64,000 nt of DNA from Candidatus Multivorans sp. (GTDB taxonomy: Bacteria > Acidobacteriota > Thermoanaerobaculia > Multivoradales > Multivoraceae), in the NCBI GenBank assembly GCA_965224025.1, contig OZ245033.1, positions 1,184,001 through 1,248,000 on the forward strand. The letters run 5' to 3'. How positions within the stretch are numbered: the stretch's first letter is position 1; each line of letters starts with the position of its first letter. A program made the translations under genes and the position numbers. This document shows, one piece after another, positions 22,053 through 32,738 of this stretch. Under the pieces are notes generated by a model. The model did no database searches. It was not told the DNA's origin and saw only the letters and a list, made by a program, of their open reading frames with translations.

Positions 22053-22733
22053 TCACTCCTCCATCGCCACGGCGGCCAGCACTCCACCCAGCACCCAGTA
22101 GATCACATCGAAGGCGATCAGAATGGCGAACCAACTGTCCGTCTGGTCCATCGGATCCCCGTGCAGCACGAGGGCCGCGCTCTTGACCGAGGCGATCAGC
22201 ACCGGGATGACCAAGGGGAAGAGGAGGAGGGGCAGCAGCACGTCCTGACTCGAGCCACGGCTGGTCATCGCCGCGTACAGGGTGCCGGGCGCGGCGAGTC
22301 CGGCGGCGGCGAGCAGCCAGACGCCGAACAGCCAGAGCAGAGCGTTCGGTCCGGCGTGGACCCCGTAGATGATGATCGCCGAGGGCAGCAGCACGGGCGC
22401 CAGCAGGGCCAGGAAGACGAAGTTGCCGAGCGCCTTGGCGTAGAAGAGAACCGCCGGTTCGACCGGCAGCAGCAACAGCCCCTCCAGGGCGCGGTTCTCC
22501 CGTTCGACCCGGAAGGACTCGGAGAGCCCCAGGGTCGAGCTCAGGAGCAGGGCGAGGATCAGAAAACCGGGCGCCATGATCGCCGCCGCGCGTTCGTCGG
22601 CGTCGATGGTGAAGGAGAACAGCACCAGCGTGATGCCTCCGAAGAGCACGATGGAGAAGAAGCGGAACCGGCCCCGCCACTCGACCCGCAGGTCCTTCGT
22701 CAGCAGCACGAGTACTGGACGGAGCAACTTCAC
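22053..22733 (-). CDS. ccmB: Heme exporter permease CcmB
   Basis: KDLRVEWR, LEGLLL, LLPLLLFPLVIPVLI. Confidence 0.92.
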   Translation of the reverse strand: MKLLRPVLVLLTKDLRVEWRGRFRFFSIVLFGGITLVLFSFTIDADERAAAIMAPGFLILALLLSSTLGLSESFRVERENRALEGLLLLPVEPAVLFYAKALGNFVFLALLAPVLLPSAIIIYGVHAGPNALLWLFGVWLLAAAGLAAPGTLYAAMTSRGSSQDVLLPLLLFPLVIPVLIASVKSAALVLHGDPMDQTDSWFAILIAFDVIYWVLGGVLAAVAMEE

Positions 22734-23416
22734 AGTTTCGCCAACCTCCGCCCCCAGGCGTCGTCGAGATCGGCGGCCGCGCCCTGCCACACCGCCTGGC
22801 CCTGCTCGAGCAGCACCGCCCGGCGGCACATGCGGGCAGCCCGCTCTATCGCGTGCGAGGCGACGATCAGGGTGCCGCCGCCGTCCACGAAACGTCCGAT
22901 CCAGCTCTCGATCAGGCTTTGCCCCTGCGGGTCGAGGGACGCGAAGGGCTCGTCGAGGAGCAGCAGCCGCGGGTTCTCGAGTCGGGAGCGCGCGAGGATC
23001 AGGCGCTTCCTCATGCCGGCCGAGAAACCGGCAACCTGGCGGTCGGCGGCGGCCGAGAGACCGAGTTCGCCGAGCAGGTCGTGGAGCTGGAACTGACTGG
23101 AGCGCCGTCCGCAGAGCGAACTCCAGAGCTGCAGCGTCTCCAGGGCGGTCAGCCGGTCGTAGAGATAGTCGTGGTGGGAGACCAGGGACAGTGTGCCGCG
23201 GACCCCGAAGCGATTCTCGGCCGCGCGCCGTCCGTCGACCTGGAGTTCGCCCGCCGTGGGACGCCGGAGTCCGGCGATCAGCCGCAGCAGGGTCGTCTTC
23301 CCGGAACCGTTGGCCCCGGCCAGCAGCAGGCGGTCGCCGGACGCGAGGTCGAGGTCGACGTGGGCGAGAGCCCACTGCGATCCGAACCGTATTCCGAGTC
23401 CGCGTGCGTGAATCAA
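22730..23416 (-). CDS. ccmA: Heme ABC exporter ATP-binding protein CcmA
   Basis: GANGSGKTT, FSAGMRKR, LLLDEP; start approximate. Confidence 0.9.
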   Translation of the reverse strand: MIHARGLGIRFGSQWALAHVDLDLASGDRLLLAGANGSGKTTLLRLIAGLRRPTAGELQVDGRRAAENRFGVRGTLSLVSHHDYLYDRLTALETLQLWSSLCGRRSSQFQLHDLLGELGLSAAADRQVAGFSAGMRKRLILARSRLENPRLLLLDEPFASLDPQGQSLIESWIGRFVDGGGTLIVASHAIERAARMCRRAVLLEQGQAVWQGAAADLDDAWGRRLAKL

Positions 23417-23600
23417 GGTATGGCGTTGTCTGCCGGTGTGGGAAAGCGCGTAGTGCCGATAGGATCGGGCTTGCTTGGCCGAGGCCAAGCCGAGATAATG
23501 CCACGAGAGTACCGTTGACGTTCGAAACGACCCCAGCGAAGATCTGGAGCAGCAACGGAGTTGGTGGGGTGCGACCCGCAGTTCATTCGTCACGCCTTCA

Positions 23601-24922
23601 TTGGTCTCGCGAAGGGGGACCGGTGGCGTGACCGTCTTCCGTGCCCTAGCCCTAGCGAGGCGCTTCCTAGCCGGCGCTCTCGACCGCGTCGTCTCTACTG
23701 GCTTGCGCATGCGCTTGCCTTTGGGCGAGGCGCACGGGCTCTCCACTCAGGAGTTACTTGAGCGGACAGATACATTCAACCTTGCCGCTGAGCGCTACTT
23801 CGCCGACTTTGCGGATACGCCTTGGCTGCTGCACAAACCGTTCAACTTGCCGGAGTATTCGCGGTACCTCTTCAACCTCGGCGTCCTGTTCCATTGGGGC
23901 AGAGTGGCCCCGGGCGACACCGTGGCGGACTTCGGCGCCGGGACTTGTTGGGTTTCGCACTTCCTGAATCTCTACGGTTGTCGCACAATCGCGATCGACG
24001 TCTCGGCCACGGCTTTGGGCCTTGGCCGCGAGCTGTTCCAATCGCACCGTTGGACGCGGTGGGATCTTGACCCTCGGTTTCTGACCTACGACGGCTACTC
24101 CATCCCACTGGAAGACGCTGCATGCGACCACGTCGTGGTTCATGACGCGCGTTTCATCACGTGCCCAACCAGGAGCAGATCCTCGGTGAGTTCTTTCGCG
24201 TCACGAAAGAGGGAGGAATCGTGGCGATGTGCGAGCCGGGACGTCACCATTCGTGTACCGAGACTAGCCGACACGAAATGGAGATGACGGGGGTGCTCGA
24301 GAACGACATTGTGGTGGAGGAACTCGGTCGGCTCGCTCGCTCGTGTGGTTTTCGCCGCGTCAGCGTCGTACCGCTCAGTCTCGGCGGTGTGCCGGAGGTC
24401 CCGGCTGAGGACTTTTCGTCGTTCCTCTGCGGGCGGGGCCTTTACCGCCGCTGGCCTCATCAAGCCCGTTCACTCTTGGGCGGACATTTCATTCTCCTCT
24501 ACAAGGGTCCCTTCCGAGCCACGAGTCGCCGTCGCGAAGGGCTGCACGCATTCGTCGATCTGCTCAGCGGAGACTGCGCCCGCGTGGTAGCGGGAGCACA
24601 ACTCGATCTGCCGGTGCGGGTGCGCAACGACGGGGAGGCCCGGTGGTTGGGGGAGAGCAACGGTGTGCCGGGGGTCACACGCGTCGGCGCGCACCTTAGG
24701 GACGCGAATGACACGATGGTCGACTACGACTGGTACCGTCTGTCCCTGCCGGGCGAGATGGAGCCGGGCGAGGAGGAGCAGTTGACTCTCGATTGCACGG
24801 CGCCCTCGGTTCCAGGCCGCTACATCGTGGAGGTCGACATGGTCGCCGAGGGGGTCGCCTGGTTTGCCCAATTGGGTTCGCCCACGGTGAAGCTGACCCT
24901 GGATGTAAGAGCCGCTGAGTGA
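23601..24922 (+). pseudogene. Class I SAM methyltransferase + C-terminal Ig-like domain, frameshifted
   Basis: DFGAGTCW motif I; ORFs 23601-24287 and 24161-24922 join as HDAFHHVPNQE if 2 nt are removed at GCGCG ~24146-24151. Confidence 0.75.
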
Positions 24923-25088
24923 GATTGGTTTGGCGCCCGGGCTTCGTTGAGGCCGTGGGCGTGGCCGGACATCTGAGGTGGTCCCGGTTCACGGCGCTGG
25001 GCGGCAGGACGCCTGTTGAAGCCCACGGCGAGTCCATGTGACGTGGTGGCGGCGGGCGTCGTACGGCGCGGTGATCAGGCTTCTAAAG

Positions 25089-25275
25089 CTAGCGAGGCTT
25101 CGCCTCAGACCGACGAGCATGTCCTTGCGGGCTACGCGAGCCGACGTATCGATGCATGGCTCTGGCTGAAACTTGCCTCAACTGCAAGAACCACGCTCGT
25201 TCAAGGAGTCTAGCGAGGCTTCGCCTCAGACCGACGAGCTCAACTGTAAAGGTGACGCCCGTTCAAGGAATCTAG
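25089..25275. repeat. Tandem CTAG-bounded mini-element (full copy + internally deleted copy)
   Basis: Identical 30-mers at 25089-25118 and 25210-25239; similar ~37-mers ending at 25213 and 25275. Confidence 0.7.
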
Positions 25276-25707
25276 AGGAGCCGACCTATGCTGGCGCCTA
25301 TGCCTACGGTCGCAACAGCACCCGGACCGAGGTTGTCGACGGCTCGCTGCGACGCCGCATCGTGCGGAAGCCGTTGGAGGAATGGTCGGTGTTGATCCCC
25401 GCTCATCACGAGGGCTACACTTGCGTGGGATCAGTTCCAGAGGATCCAGCAGATGCTTGACGACAACGTTGCGGACTTTCGCCGCGGCGGGTGCCGGAGA
25501 GCGCCGAAGCGGGGGCCGGCCCTGCTGGCGGGGCTGCTGCGTTGCGGTCGCTGCGGTCGCTGCGGTCGCAAGCTGATGGTTGGCTACTCGGGCAAGAATC
25601 GGGCCGCACCGCGGTATCAGTGCCATCGAGCCCGGCTCGACCGGCTGGCATCCAAGTGCATCTCCTTCGGCGGTCTGTCGGTCGACCAGGCGGTGGCGAA
25701 GGAGCTC
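25276..25707 (+). pseudogene. Large serine recombinase fragment (recombinase + zinc-ribbon part)
   Basis: PTYAGAYAYGR...HHEGY and LLAGLLRCGRCGR..M...RYQC, frameshifted and truncated. Confidence 0.8.
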
Positions 25708-26096
25708 CTTGAGCACCGGCACCAGACACCGCTGGGAGATGGCCCGTACCGTCGCTACGTGCTCCCACTGCAACACCTCGTCCACGAGGTTGATGTGGTA
25801 CACGCCCTTCTCGCGGTTCCGCGGCGGTCACGAATGCGGCCGGTCTCCCGGTGCTGCCGAATCAGCCGCGTCACCTGCGACTCGGACTTCCCGGTCGTCT
25901 TCATCAGGTAGCTCCGAATCGCGCCCTTGTCGAGCCTCGCAAGCGCCCGGTACCGGAACCTGACCAACGTCTCACGGATGAACTCGTAGCTCGATCCTCG
26001 GTCGACCAGCACGAAGTCCACCTCCTCGTTGCCGGACAGGAAACTGCGGACCTCGTCAAGAGTCTGAACTCGGCGTGTCTGGAGCGTCACGATCAT
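25708..26096 (-). pseudogene. Integrase-core (rve/DDE) transposase remnant, internally deleted
   Basis: N-term MIVTLQT..QVTRLIRQH joined out of frame to KGVYHINLVDEVLQW core segment. Confidence 0.65.
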
Positions 26097-26219
26097 CCTC
26101 CGATGATCCCCGATCCCAACCTGGAGGCATCGCTCGGAAACTGATCCACTCATCGCGGGGAAAGTGATCCACCCTCGGCCCTTGGCCGGTAGCTTGGTCT
26201 TGTTCAGGAGACCAACGCG

Positions 26220-26470
26220 ATCGGAGAAAATCCGGTCGACGGGGAACCCGTTCTACGAGGCGCTGAATGGTCTCTTCGAGGCGAACGGATTCGACGAGTT
26301 CGCGGAGGAGCTGTGCGGTGAGTTCTACGCGGAGACTCGCGGTCGTCCGGGCGTAGCTCCGGGGGTGTACTTCCGGATGTTGATGGTCGGCTACCTGGAG
26401 GGGATCGACTCGGACCGCGGGATCGCCTGGCGCTGCGCGGATTCGATTTCGCTGCGTGGTTTTCTGAGTT
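26220..26470 (+). pseudogene. IS1182-family transposase N-terminal fragment
   Basis: GRPGVAPGVYFRMLMVGYLEGIDSDRGIAWRCADSISLRGFL. Confidence 0.75.
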
Positions 26471-26631
26471 CCTGGCTCCTGACACGACCGCACTGTCATT
26501 CCCGCGCCATTCTCCACCGGACTCGCTTCTCATTCTCTGCGGAGTCCCGTGCCGCGAATCCACGCCGCTCGCGGAGAACGCTTATCTCCATGCCGACCGC
26601 CCGGCTCAGAGCCATTTCTGCCACGGGCAGC

Positions 26632-27535
26632 TAGTGCCGTGTCACTCGTCAAGAGTCGGATAGAGGCGCTTGGGTTTGACGCGAGCGTCGTCGGTGGTGA
26701 AGTGCCAGTTGACCTTGGCTTGGATCCGGTCTCTGGCGTCCTGCCAGGCGCCGACTTCGGCGCGTATGGTGTCGATGGAATCGATGCGGCGGTTGAGGCA
26801 CTGTCGGATCATCACGCTGAGTTCGACCTCGGCGACGTTGAGCCAACTGCCGTGCTTGGGGGTGTAGACGAACTCGAAGCGGTCCCACAGCGCCTTGGCC
26901 CGGGCCGGGTCGAAGGTCTGGTAGAGCGGGCCGGGGCGGTGGGTGTTGAGGTTGTCCATCACCAGCGTGATTCGGGTGGCGTCGGGATACTGCCCGGCGA
27001 TGTCTTCCAGGAAACGCGCCCAGTCGGTCTTGGTCCTGCGCTCGGTGACCTTGGTCAGACGCCGCCCGGCCAGCGGTTCGGTCGCCATGAACACGTTGCA
27101 GGTGCCGCAGCGTCGGTACTCGTAGTCTTCGCGGACCTCCCGTCCAGGGGCCGGCGGGATGGGAGCGCGTGTTTCGGCGATAAACTGCCGCGGCGTCTCG
27201 TCCATGCACACCACCGGGAAGTGTGCGTCGTACGGACGCCGATAGACGTCGAGCACTCGCTCCATGCCTGCCGCGAAGTCGGCGTTGCATTGCGGCGGAA
27301 TCACCCAGCCGACGCGGCGCCACGGTTTGAGAGCGTTCTCTTTAGCACCCGTCGCACCGTTTCGTGCGAGACGCTGTCGATATAGCCGAGCTCCACCGCA
27401 CGGTCCGCCAACAGACGCAGCGACCACTGCGAACGTCCTTCGGGCGGGTCGCCGCAACTGAGCGCGACCAGCCGCGCCTCGAACTCGCCATCCGCCTTGC
27501 GCAGATACTTGGGACGACGCCCCTGCCGATTCCCG
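26632..27535 (-). mobile_element. IS630-family element, 5'-truncated
   Basis: DDE ORF (CMDE, LVMDNLNTH, YTPKHGSWLN.AE); HTH ORF (WSLRLLA..SHETVRR) in another frame; end TAGTGCCGTGTCA. Confidence 0.85.
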
Positions 27536-28168
27536 AGCGCTGCCTCCAGCCGCCGCCGGGTACCCGCGCATAGCCGCGCGTGTCGCCAAGAACGCGCCAG
27601 TTCGAAGCCAGATAACACGTGCCCGCGTACCGGCTCGGATCGACGAACGTCTCCGCCAGCAAGACCGGATGACCGACCTGAGACTGCATGTCGGAAGACA
27701 GGCGCCGCAACGCCAAACCCAGCACCCGCGAAGCGAGATTCGGAACATCGACGCCCGGTAACACCAGAAAGCGAGTGTTGTTGGCGACCAGCCGCAAACG
27801 ACGAAACTGCTGCTCGCGGGTCCATCCGATCCAACGGTCGCGAGCGCCGACCTTGAACGAGCCCGCGTGCCACCCGAGAAGCGCCAACCAAGTCCCGTCC
27901 GCCGCCTCCGCAACCTGACGCACGCCACCGCCGACCAGACCGCGAAAGCCCAAGTAGTGGTGACGCTCCATCAACAGGTCCCAACGAGACGACTCCCCCC
28001 GATCCGTGACCCGCCGCACCACAACCTGACGCAGATCGACCCGCGCCGCTGCCCCCAACATCGACCCGCCCATCGAGACCGATCATGCTGAAGACCGCAC
28101 GGAATGTCCAGAACCCCAACGAAGACCAGCCAACACGGCCCATCAAGAACGACTTTGGGACAGCCCTG
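27536..28168 (-). mobile_element. ISAs1-type element left part encoding DUF4338 (DruA-like) domain, truncated
   Basis: HHYLG, RDRWIGW, NNTRFLVLP, ETFVDP, GTCY.ASNW; end CAGGGCTGTCCCA. Confidence 0.75.
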
Positions 28169-28345
28169 GTTGGACAAGACTTCCCCTTGACACGGGCAAG
28201 GCACCCAACTAGCGTCCGACGTTCCATCCGCACTCCATGTGTCCGATCTGGTGGAAGCGCCCTATTCACCCGGGTCTACGGGTCGGCAGTTGGCGGCTGT
28301 GCCGCTGACGGCGGGCTGTAGCGTCCAGACACCTGGGAGGCCCGT

Positions 28346-28714
28346 ATGAGACACGACCTGCGCGGTGCCGCGCTGGCTGCCCCGTTCTTCGCGCTCATCC
28401 ACGGCGCTGGCCCTGCATCCATCGCTGAGGGCGTGTTCATTCCTGCCCTGCCCGACACGTGGACGACGTCGGTCGCGGATGTTGGCCCCAACTGCTGGGA
28501 TCCGAAATTCCAGCCGCCGCCGATCGAGAGCACGGTTTTGGGCGGCAGCGGGTACTGCGATACGAGTGCTCTCTACCATGGGCCGACCGCTGGTACAGGT
28601 GTGATCGTGATCGGCTCATGGGTCCGAGGAGTAACAAGTACCGTCACTACCATCGGAAGCAGCCTGAAAACTCTAGCAACCGCCACGTGCGACCCGGAGG
28701 AACCAGCCCTATGA
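28346..28714 (+). CDS. Small putative secreted protein
   Basis: GGGAGG RBS, signal-like N-terminus, ATGA overlap with next gene; no family recognised. Confidence 0.5.
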   Translation: MRHDLRGAALAAPFFALIHGAGPASIAEGVFIPALPDTWTTSVADVGPNCWDPKFQPPPIESTVLGGSGYCDTSALYHGPTAGTGVIVIGSWVRGVTSTVTTIGSSLKTLATATCDPEEPAL

Positions 28715-31465
28715 GTATGCCTCGAATAGCCCGACCAAGTGTGACCATTCTCTTCCTATTCCTGGCAAGCGGCTCCGTGGGGCTCGCAACCGAGACTCCT
28801 GAGACTTGTAGCTCAGGCACCTACAACACGTACGAGTACTGGCTCATGCTGCACGCGAAGTTCACGAGGAGTAAGAACATCCTGCGCGACGGCACGTATG
28901 GAGGCCATCCTGGGAACTACACGCTCACGGTCACGGCAGATGGTAGTGACGGCACGACCACGCAGCTCCTGCAGGTCAGTGCAACTGGTGTGACAAGCCG
29001 ACGGACTCACTCCTTCTCGCTTGCTTCCAGGACGACCGTCAGTGTGGCCTTGACGGGACTGAACGCCGATTTCGACTGTCAGGTTGGAAATGAGCTTTGC
29101 ACGAACCGCGGAGGCCGGCAAGATGACGGCTGGAGCGGGGAACTTGGCCCAGGGGCCCATAGTATTGCAGTGTACATATTGGGCGACGGACGACACGGCT
29201 GGTGGCGTGGCGAGCTATGGGGGAGGCAAGTGGTCCTGCAGACGCACCCGGCGGTCACGTCTTATGATCTCTATGTGGTGAAGCCGACGCTGCTGGAGTA
29301 TTGGGGCACGTTTCGCGGAAACAATTGGGAGCATCCGCTCAGTCACTCGTTCGACTCTCCTATCACTTGGATGAACAAGTGTATGGCGGTCGACGCATCC
29401 TTGCAAAATTCCTTCACGGTGCGGGCACTGGACAACCAAAAAAGAAAGAACTCAAGTACCTCGACCGGCCTGATCATGCGGGTCGAGATTCTGGAGCACT
29501 TGTCCTCATTCACAATCCCGGAACAGGGCGGTGCTACGCTCGAAGACGTGCTCAAGATTCGTTTCTGGCCAGACTACAGCGGCGCGCCCAACGCCCACGA
29601 GACCTATCATCTCGCAAGGGGCTTCGGAACCGTCTACTTCGTGACCGCTAACGAAGGAGAACCTAGCGGCGTCGAGCGCAGTTGGGCTTACTGTTTGCCA
29701 GACGACACTACTGATCCTGCGACTGAGGTTTGTTTGTGGGATGAGACTGAGACGGTGTCGCCTCCGACGATACCTTGGTTCGACCCTTTTCATAACATGA
29801 CGGCTGTGTGGAATGGGTTCTTCGATGACTACGACCACGATGTCGACGGCGCAGCTATCGGATCCGAGAATGTGCCGGGGTGGACCTCGACCTCCAACGA
29901 TGCCGTGATGACGCGGACCGGGCCGCAGCGGGACGGCGTCTGGCAAGCCGCCCTCCGGGGCAGTTCTGGGGGCGGCGACTCAATCGCCGACGCGGCGGTC
30001 ACGGACGCGATTCCCGTTAGCGGAGGCACCTACTAACTTTATGGTTGTATTTTTGGCGGGAGCGAGGACGACGACGCCTACCTTGACTTCAACGACGGCG
30101 TTACGGGCGGAACGGCGATGGAGGATGTACACGTTGTAGCCACCTCGAGTGGAACCTGGGAGTGTAAGAGCCAGACGAAACATATTCCTGCCTCGGCGGT
30201 GTCGGTCAGAATTCGTATTGTGCGGGACGGTGCGAATGAGGGTAATGCATACTTTGACCATATAGAGTTGAGAAAGCTGGCACCTGACTCCGCCCCGCCC
30301 CCGCCCCCGCCCCCGCCCCCGCCAGAGCCCACGCGGAGCCTGCCACTTACGGTGTCTGAGACGAACGTATCCGGCGATCAGACCTACAGGTTCACGCTGT
30401 CTTCCACTACGGAAGTCGACGTTGTGGTGTCAGACCAGAGCACGGACATCGATTGCCGGATAAACAGTACGTCCTGCCGAAACCACGGTGGCACCGGCGA
30501 CGAGACGTGGAGCGGCACTCTGAACGCCGGAACCCATACCGTGACGGTGTACCCGTTCCGCAGCTCGGGCAGCTATACGCTCACGGTGACCGGAACCAGT
30601 ACAGCGCGGTCGCCGCCGCTGTCTGTGCCGGAGATCCCCAACTTCCGGTTGCCGTCTGGGGGCACTGTCAACACGATGTTCCCCGCGGCAACTGGAGGTA
30701 CAGCGCCTTACGTGTACAGGGCTGCCGCCAGGGATGACGTTCGTTGCGTCAACGCGCCGCGCGAGCGGGACGCTCCCGACCGTCACGACCGACACGGATT
30801 ACACGATCAAGTACACCGCCACAGACAGCGCAAGTGCGTCGGCCTTCGTGACGTTCGTTACCACCGTCGTTGCGCCAGGACCGCCGTCGGCGCCGCAGTT
30901 GACGGGTGCGGTAACAGGGCGGACCCAGACATTGACCTGGACTACGCCTGCAACGGGTAGCGGGATCACGCGCTATCAGTTGCAGACCAGGGCATCGACG
31001 GCCCACGCATGGCGTTTCACGGACGCAGGAACGCCGTCGCCCTCGTCGAACATCGGTTCCAGCGTGAGGTCATGGAGCGTGTTCACGCCCTGGACCCTGG
31101 TTCGTCAGTATCAGGTGCGGGCGACGAATGCGGTCGGAGACGGCGCCTGGTCGAACGTCGTCGAGCTGACCACGCCGCCGGCGGCGGCGCCGCCGCCGCT
31201 GTCCGTGCCGGGGATCCCCGACTTCCGGTTGCCGTCAGGCGGCTCGGTGAACACGGTGTTTCCAGCCGCAACTGGAGGCTCGGCCCCCTACGCCTACAGC
31301 GTGTCGGGGCTGCCGCCGGGGATCACGTTCTACTCGTCAACGCGCGGCGCAAGCGGGACGCTTCCGACCGTCTCGACCGAGACGACCTACACGATCACCT
31401 ATTCCGTCACGGACAGCGCAGGCGCGTCTGACGCCGTCACGTTCACTGCTACCGTCCGCCCCTGA
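28711..31465 (+). pseudogene. Large secreted mosaic protein (PPC-like, carbohydrate-binding-like, Ig, FN3), interrupted
   Basis: Signal peptide; in-frame TAA at 30034-30036; 8-nt deletion near 30719 shown by internal repeat; FN3 motif YQVRATNAVGDGAWS. Confidence 0.75.
30611..31440 (+). repeat. Internal Ig-domain repeat (~30611-30850 vs ~31191-31440)
   Basis: PPLSVP.IP.FRLPSGG.VNT.FPAATGG.APY... present twice at DNA level. Confidence 0.85.
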
Positions 31466-31675
31466 TGCCGTCGCTCCTGGGTCATACCGGGGGCGACGGT
31501 TCTGCCTTCGAGGGAAAGGCGAGGCCAAGAAGCGGCCCCAGGCCGCCGGACTGGAAGATCGACACATCGAAGCCGGCGTCGAAGAAGTTTTCCGGACGAT
31601 CGGGGGCCCGGTTGGCCCGGTGCCGCCGACGAACATGATGCGTGTCATGGCTGCAGGGCGCGCTCCTGTTCCAGG

Positions 31676-32089
31676 GTGCGGCTGGCGATCAGCGCGGACG
31701 AGGCCCTCAGCCGCGGCGCGTACACCCTTCAGGTCGGTCCCGACCTGTGGATGCCCTTCGATGCCGCCGACCATGATTGGGTCGTCGCGCGCTTTGATCG
31801 GAGGAGGCTCCGGATGCGGGAAGATCGAGAGAGCCGCTGGAAGCTCCAGGCTGCGGCAATCAGCAGGTACGAGGCGGGGCCCGTGGCTGCCACATGCGAG
31901 CCAACGCCGACAGCGCTATGCCTGCGGGGCGGTCGCTATCGCGCGACGCTTACCGACCTGGGGCTCGATCTGGTGGTGCGCGACATGCAGATCGGAACTG
32001 AACGCCGGTACACGAAGTCGCCTGGTGGGCCGGACGCGTTCGCGGACTTGTCAGCGTTCCGACAGGCGTGCATCGGGGAGGCGCCATAG
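31676..32089 (+). pseudogene. Remnant of secreted protein with C..CL.GGRY C-terminal domain
   Basis: CEPTPTALCLRGGRYR followed directly by LTDLGLDLVVRD...AFADLSAF; middle appears deleted. Confidence 0.45.
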
Positions 32090-32131
32090 GTTCAGTCGGC
32101 GCCCCGCAACAATCGGGCGCGGGGAACGTAG

Positions 32132-32719
32132 GTGAAGGCTGTGGAGGCAACTCGGGCGACCGACGAGGAGTTGGTGGCTGCGATTCTGGACGGCGAGGCC
32201 GCCCTGTACACCGACCTCGTGCAGAGGTATCAGGGGCGCTTGGTCAATTACCTGAACCGCTTTCTCCGCAATGTCGACGAGTCGCAGGAGTTGGCCCAGG
32301 AAGTGTTTCTGAAGGTCTACCGGGCCCTCGACCGTTACAACCCAAGGTACCGATTCTCGACATGGCTGTTTCGAGTGGCAAGGAACGCGGCGATCGACCT
32401 GCTCCGCAAGCGGCGCCTCAAGCTGGTGCCGATGCAGCGTCTCGGCCTCGACGGAGAAACCCGGGAGAAGGAGTTTCCGAGTGAGGAGAGAGACCCCTAC
32501 CGGGTGCTTCGAAATCTCGAGCGGCGCGATGCCATCGGGGCCGCGATCGACGGTCTGAAGGACGAGTACCGGGAGCTGATCCAGTTGAGGCACTTCGCTG
32601 AAATGACGTACGAAGAGATCGCCGAGTTCAAGGGCATGCCCCTGGGTACGGTGAAGAACAAGTTGTTTCGCGGCCGCCGGATGCTGAAGGCCCGGTTGGC
32701 CGAATACCTCACCGACTGA
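32132..32719 (+). CDS. ECF sigma-70 factor
   Basis: LAQEVFLKVY, FSTWLFRVARN, YEEIAE...GTVKNKLFRGR. Confidence 0.93.
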   Translation: MKAVEATRATDEELVAAILDGEAALYTDLVQRYQGRLVNYLNRFLRNVDESQELAQEVFLKVYRALDRYNPRYRFSTWLFRVARNAAIDLLRKRRLKLVPMQRLGLDGETREKEFPSEERDPYRVLRNLERRDAIGAAIDGLKDEYRELIQLRHFAEMTYEEIAEFKGMPLGTVKNKLFRGRRMLKARLAEYLTD

Positions 32720-32738
32720 AGGACGGGGAGTTCTGCGG

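Noticed and set aside
25089-25275. CRISPR array (30-bp identical repeats)
   Set aside because: Only two repeats, 91-bp spacer, the spacer end is itself repeated, and no cas genes
27342-28073. Druantia defence system (DruA)
   Set aside because: DUF4338 is truncated, sits inside an ISAs1-like end, and no other dru genes are present
30034-30036. Programmed stop-codon readthrough or recoding
   Set aside because: TAA is used as a normal stop elsewhere and the same gene has an independent 8-bp deletion, so decay is the simpler explanation
30292-30323. CCGCCC microsatellite as a phase-variation tract
   Set aside because: The hexamer unit keeps frame; it simply encodes a poly-Pro linker
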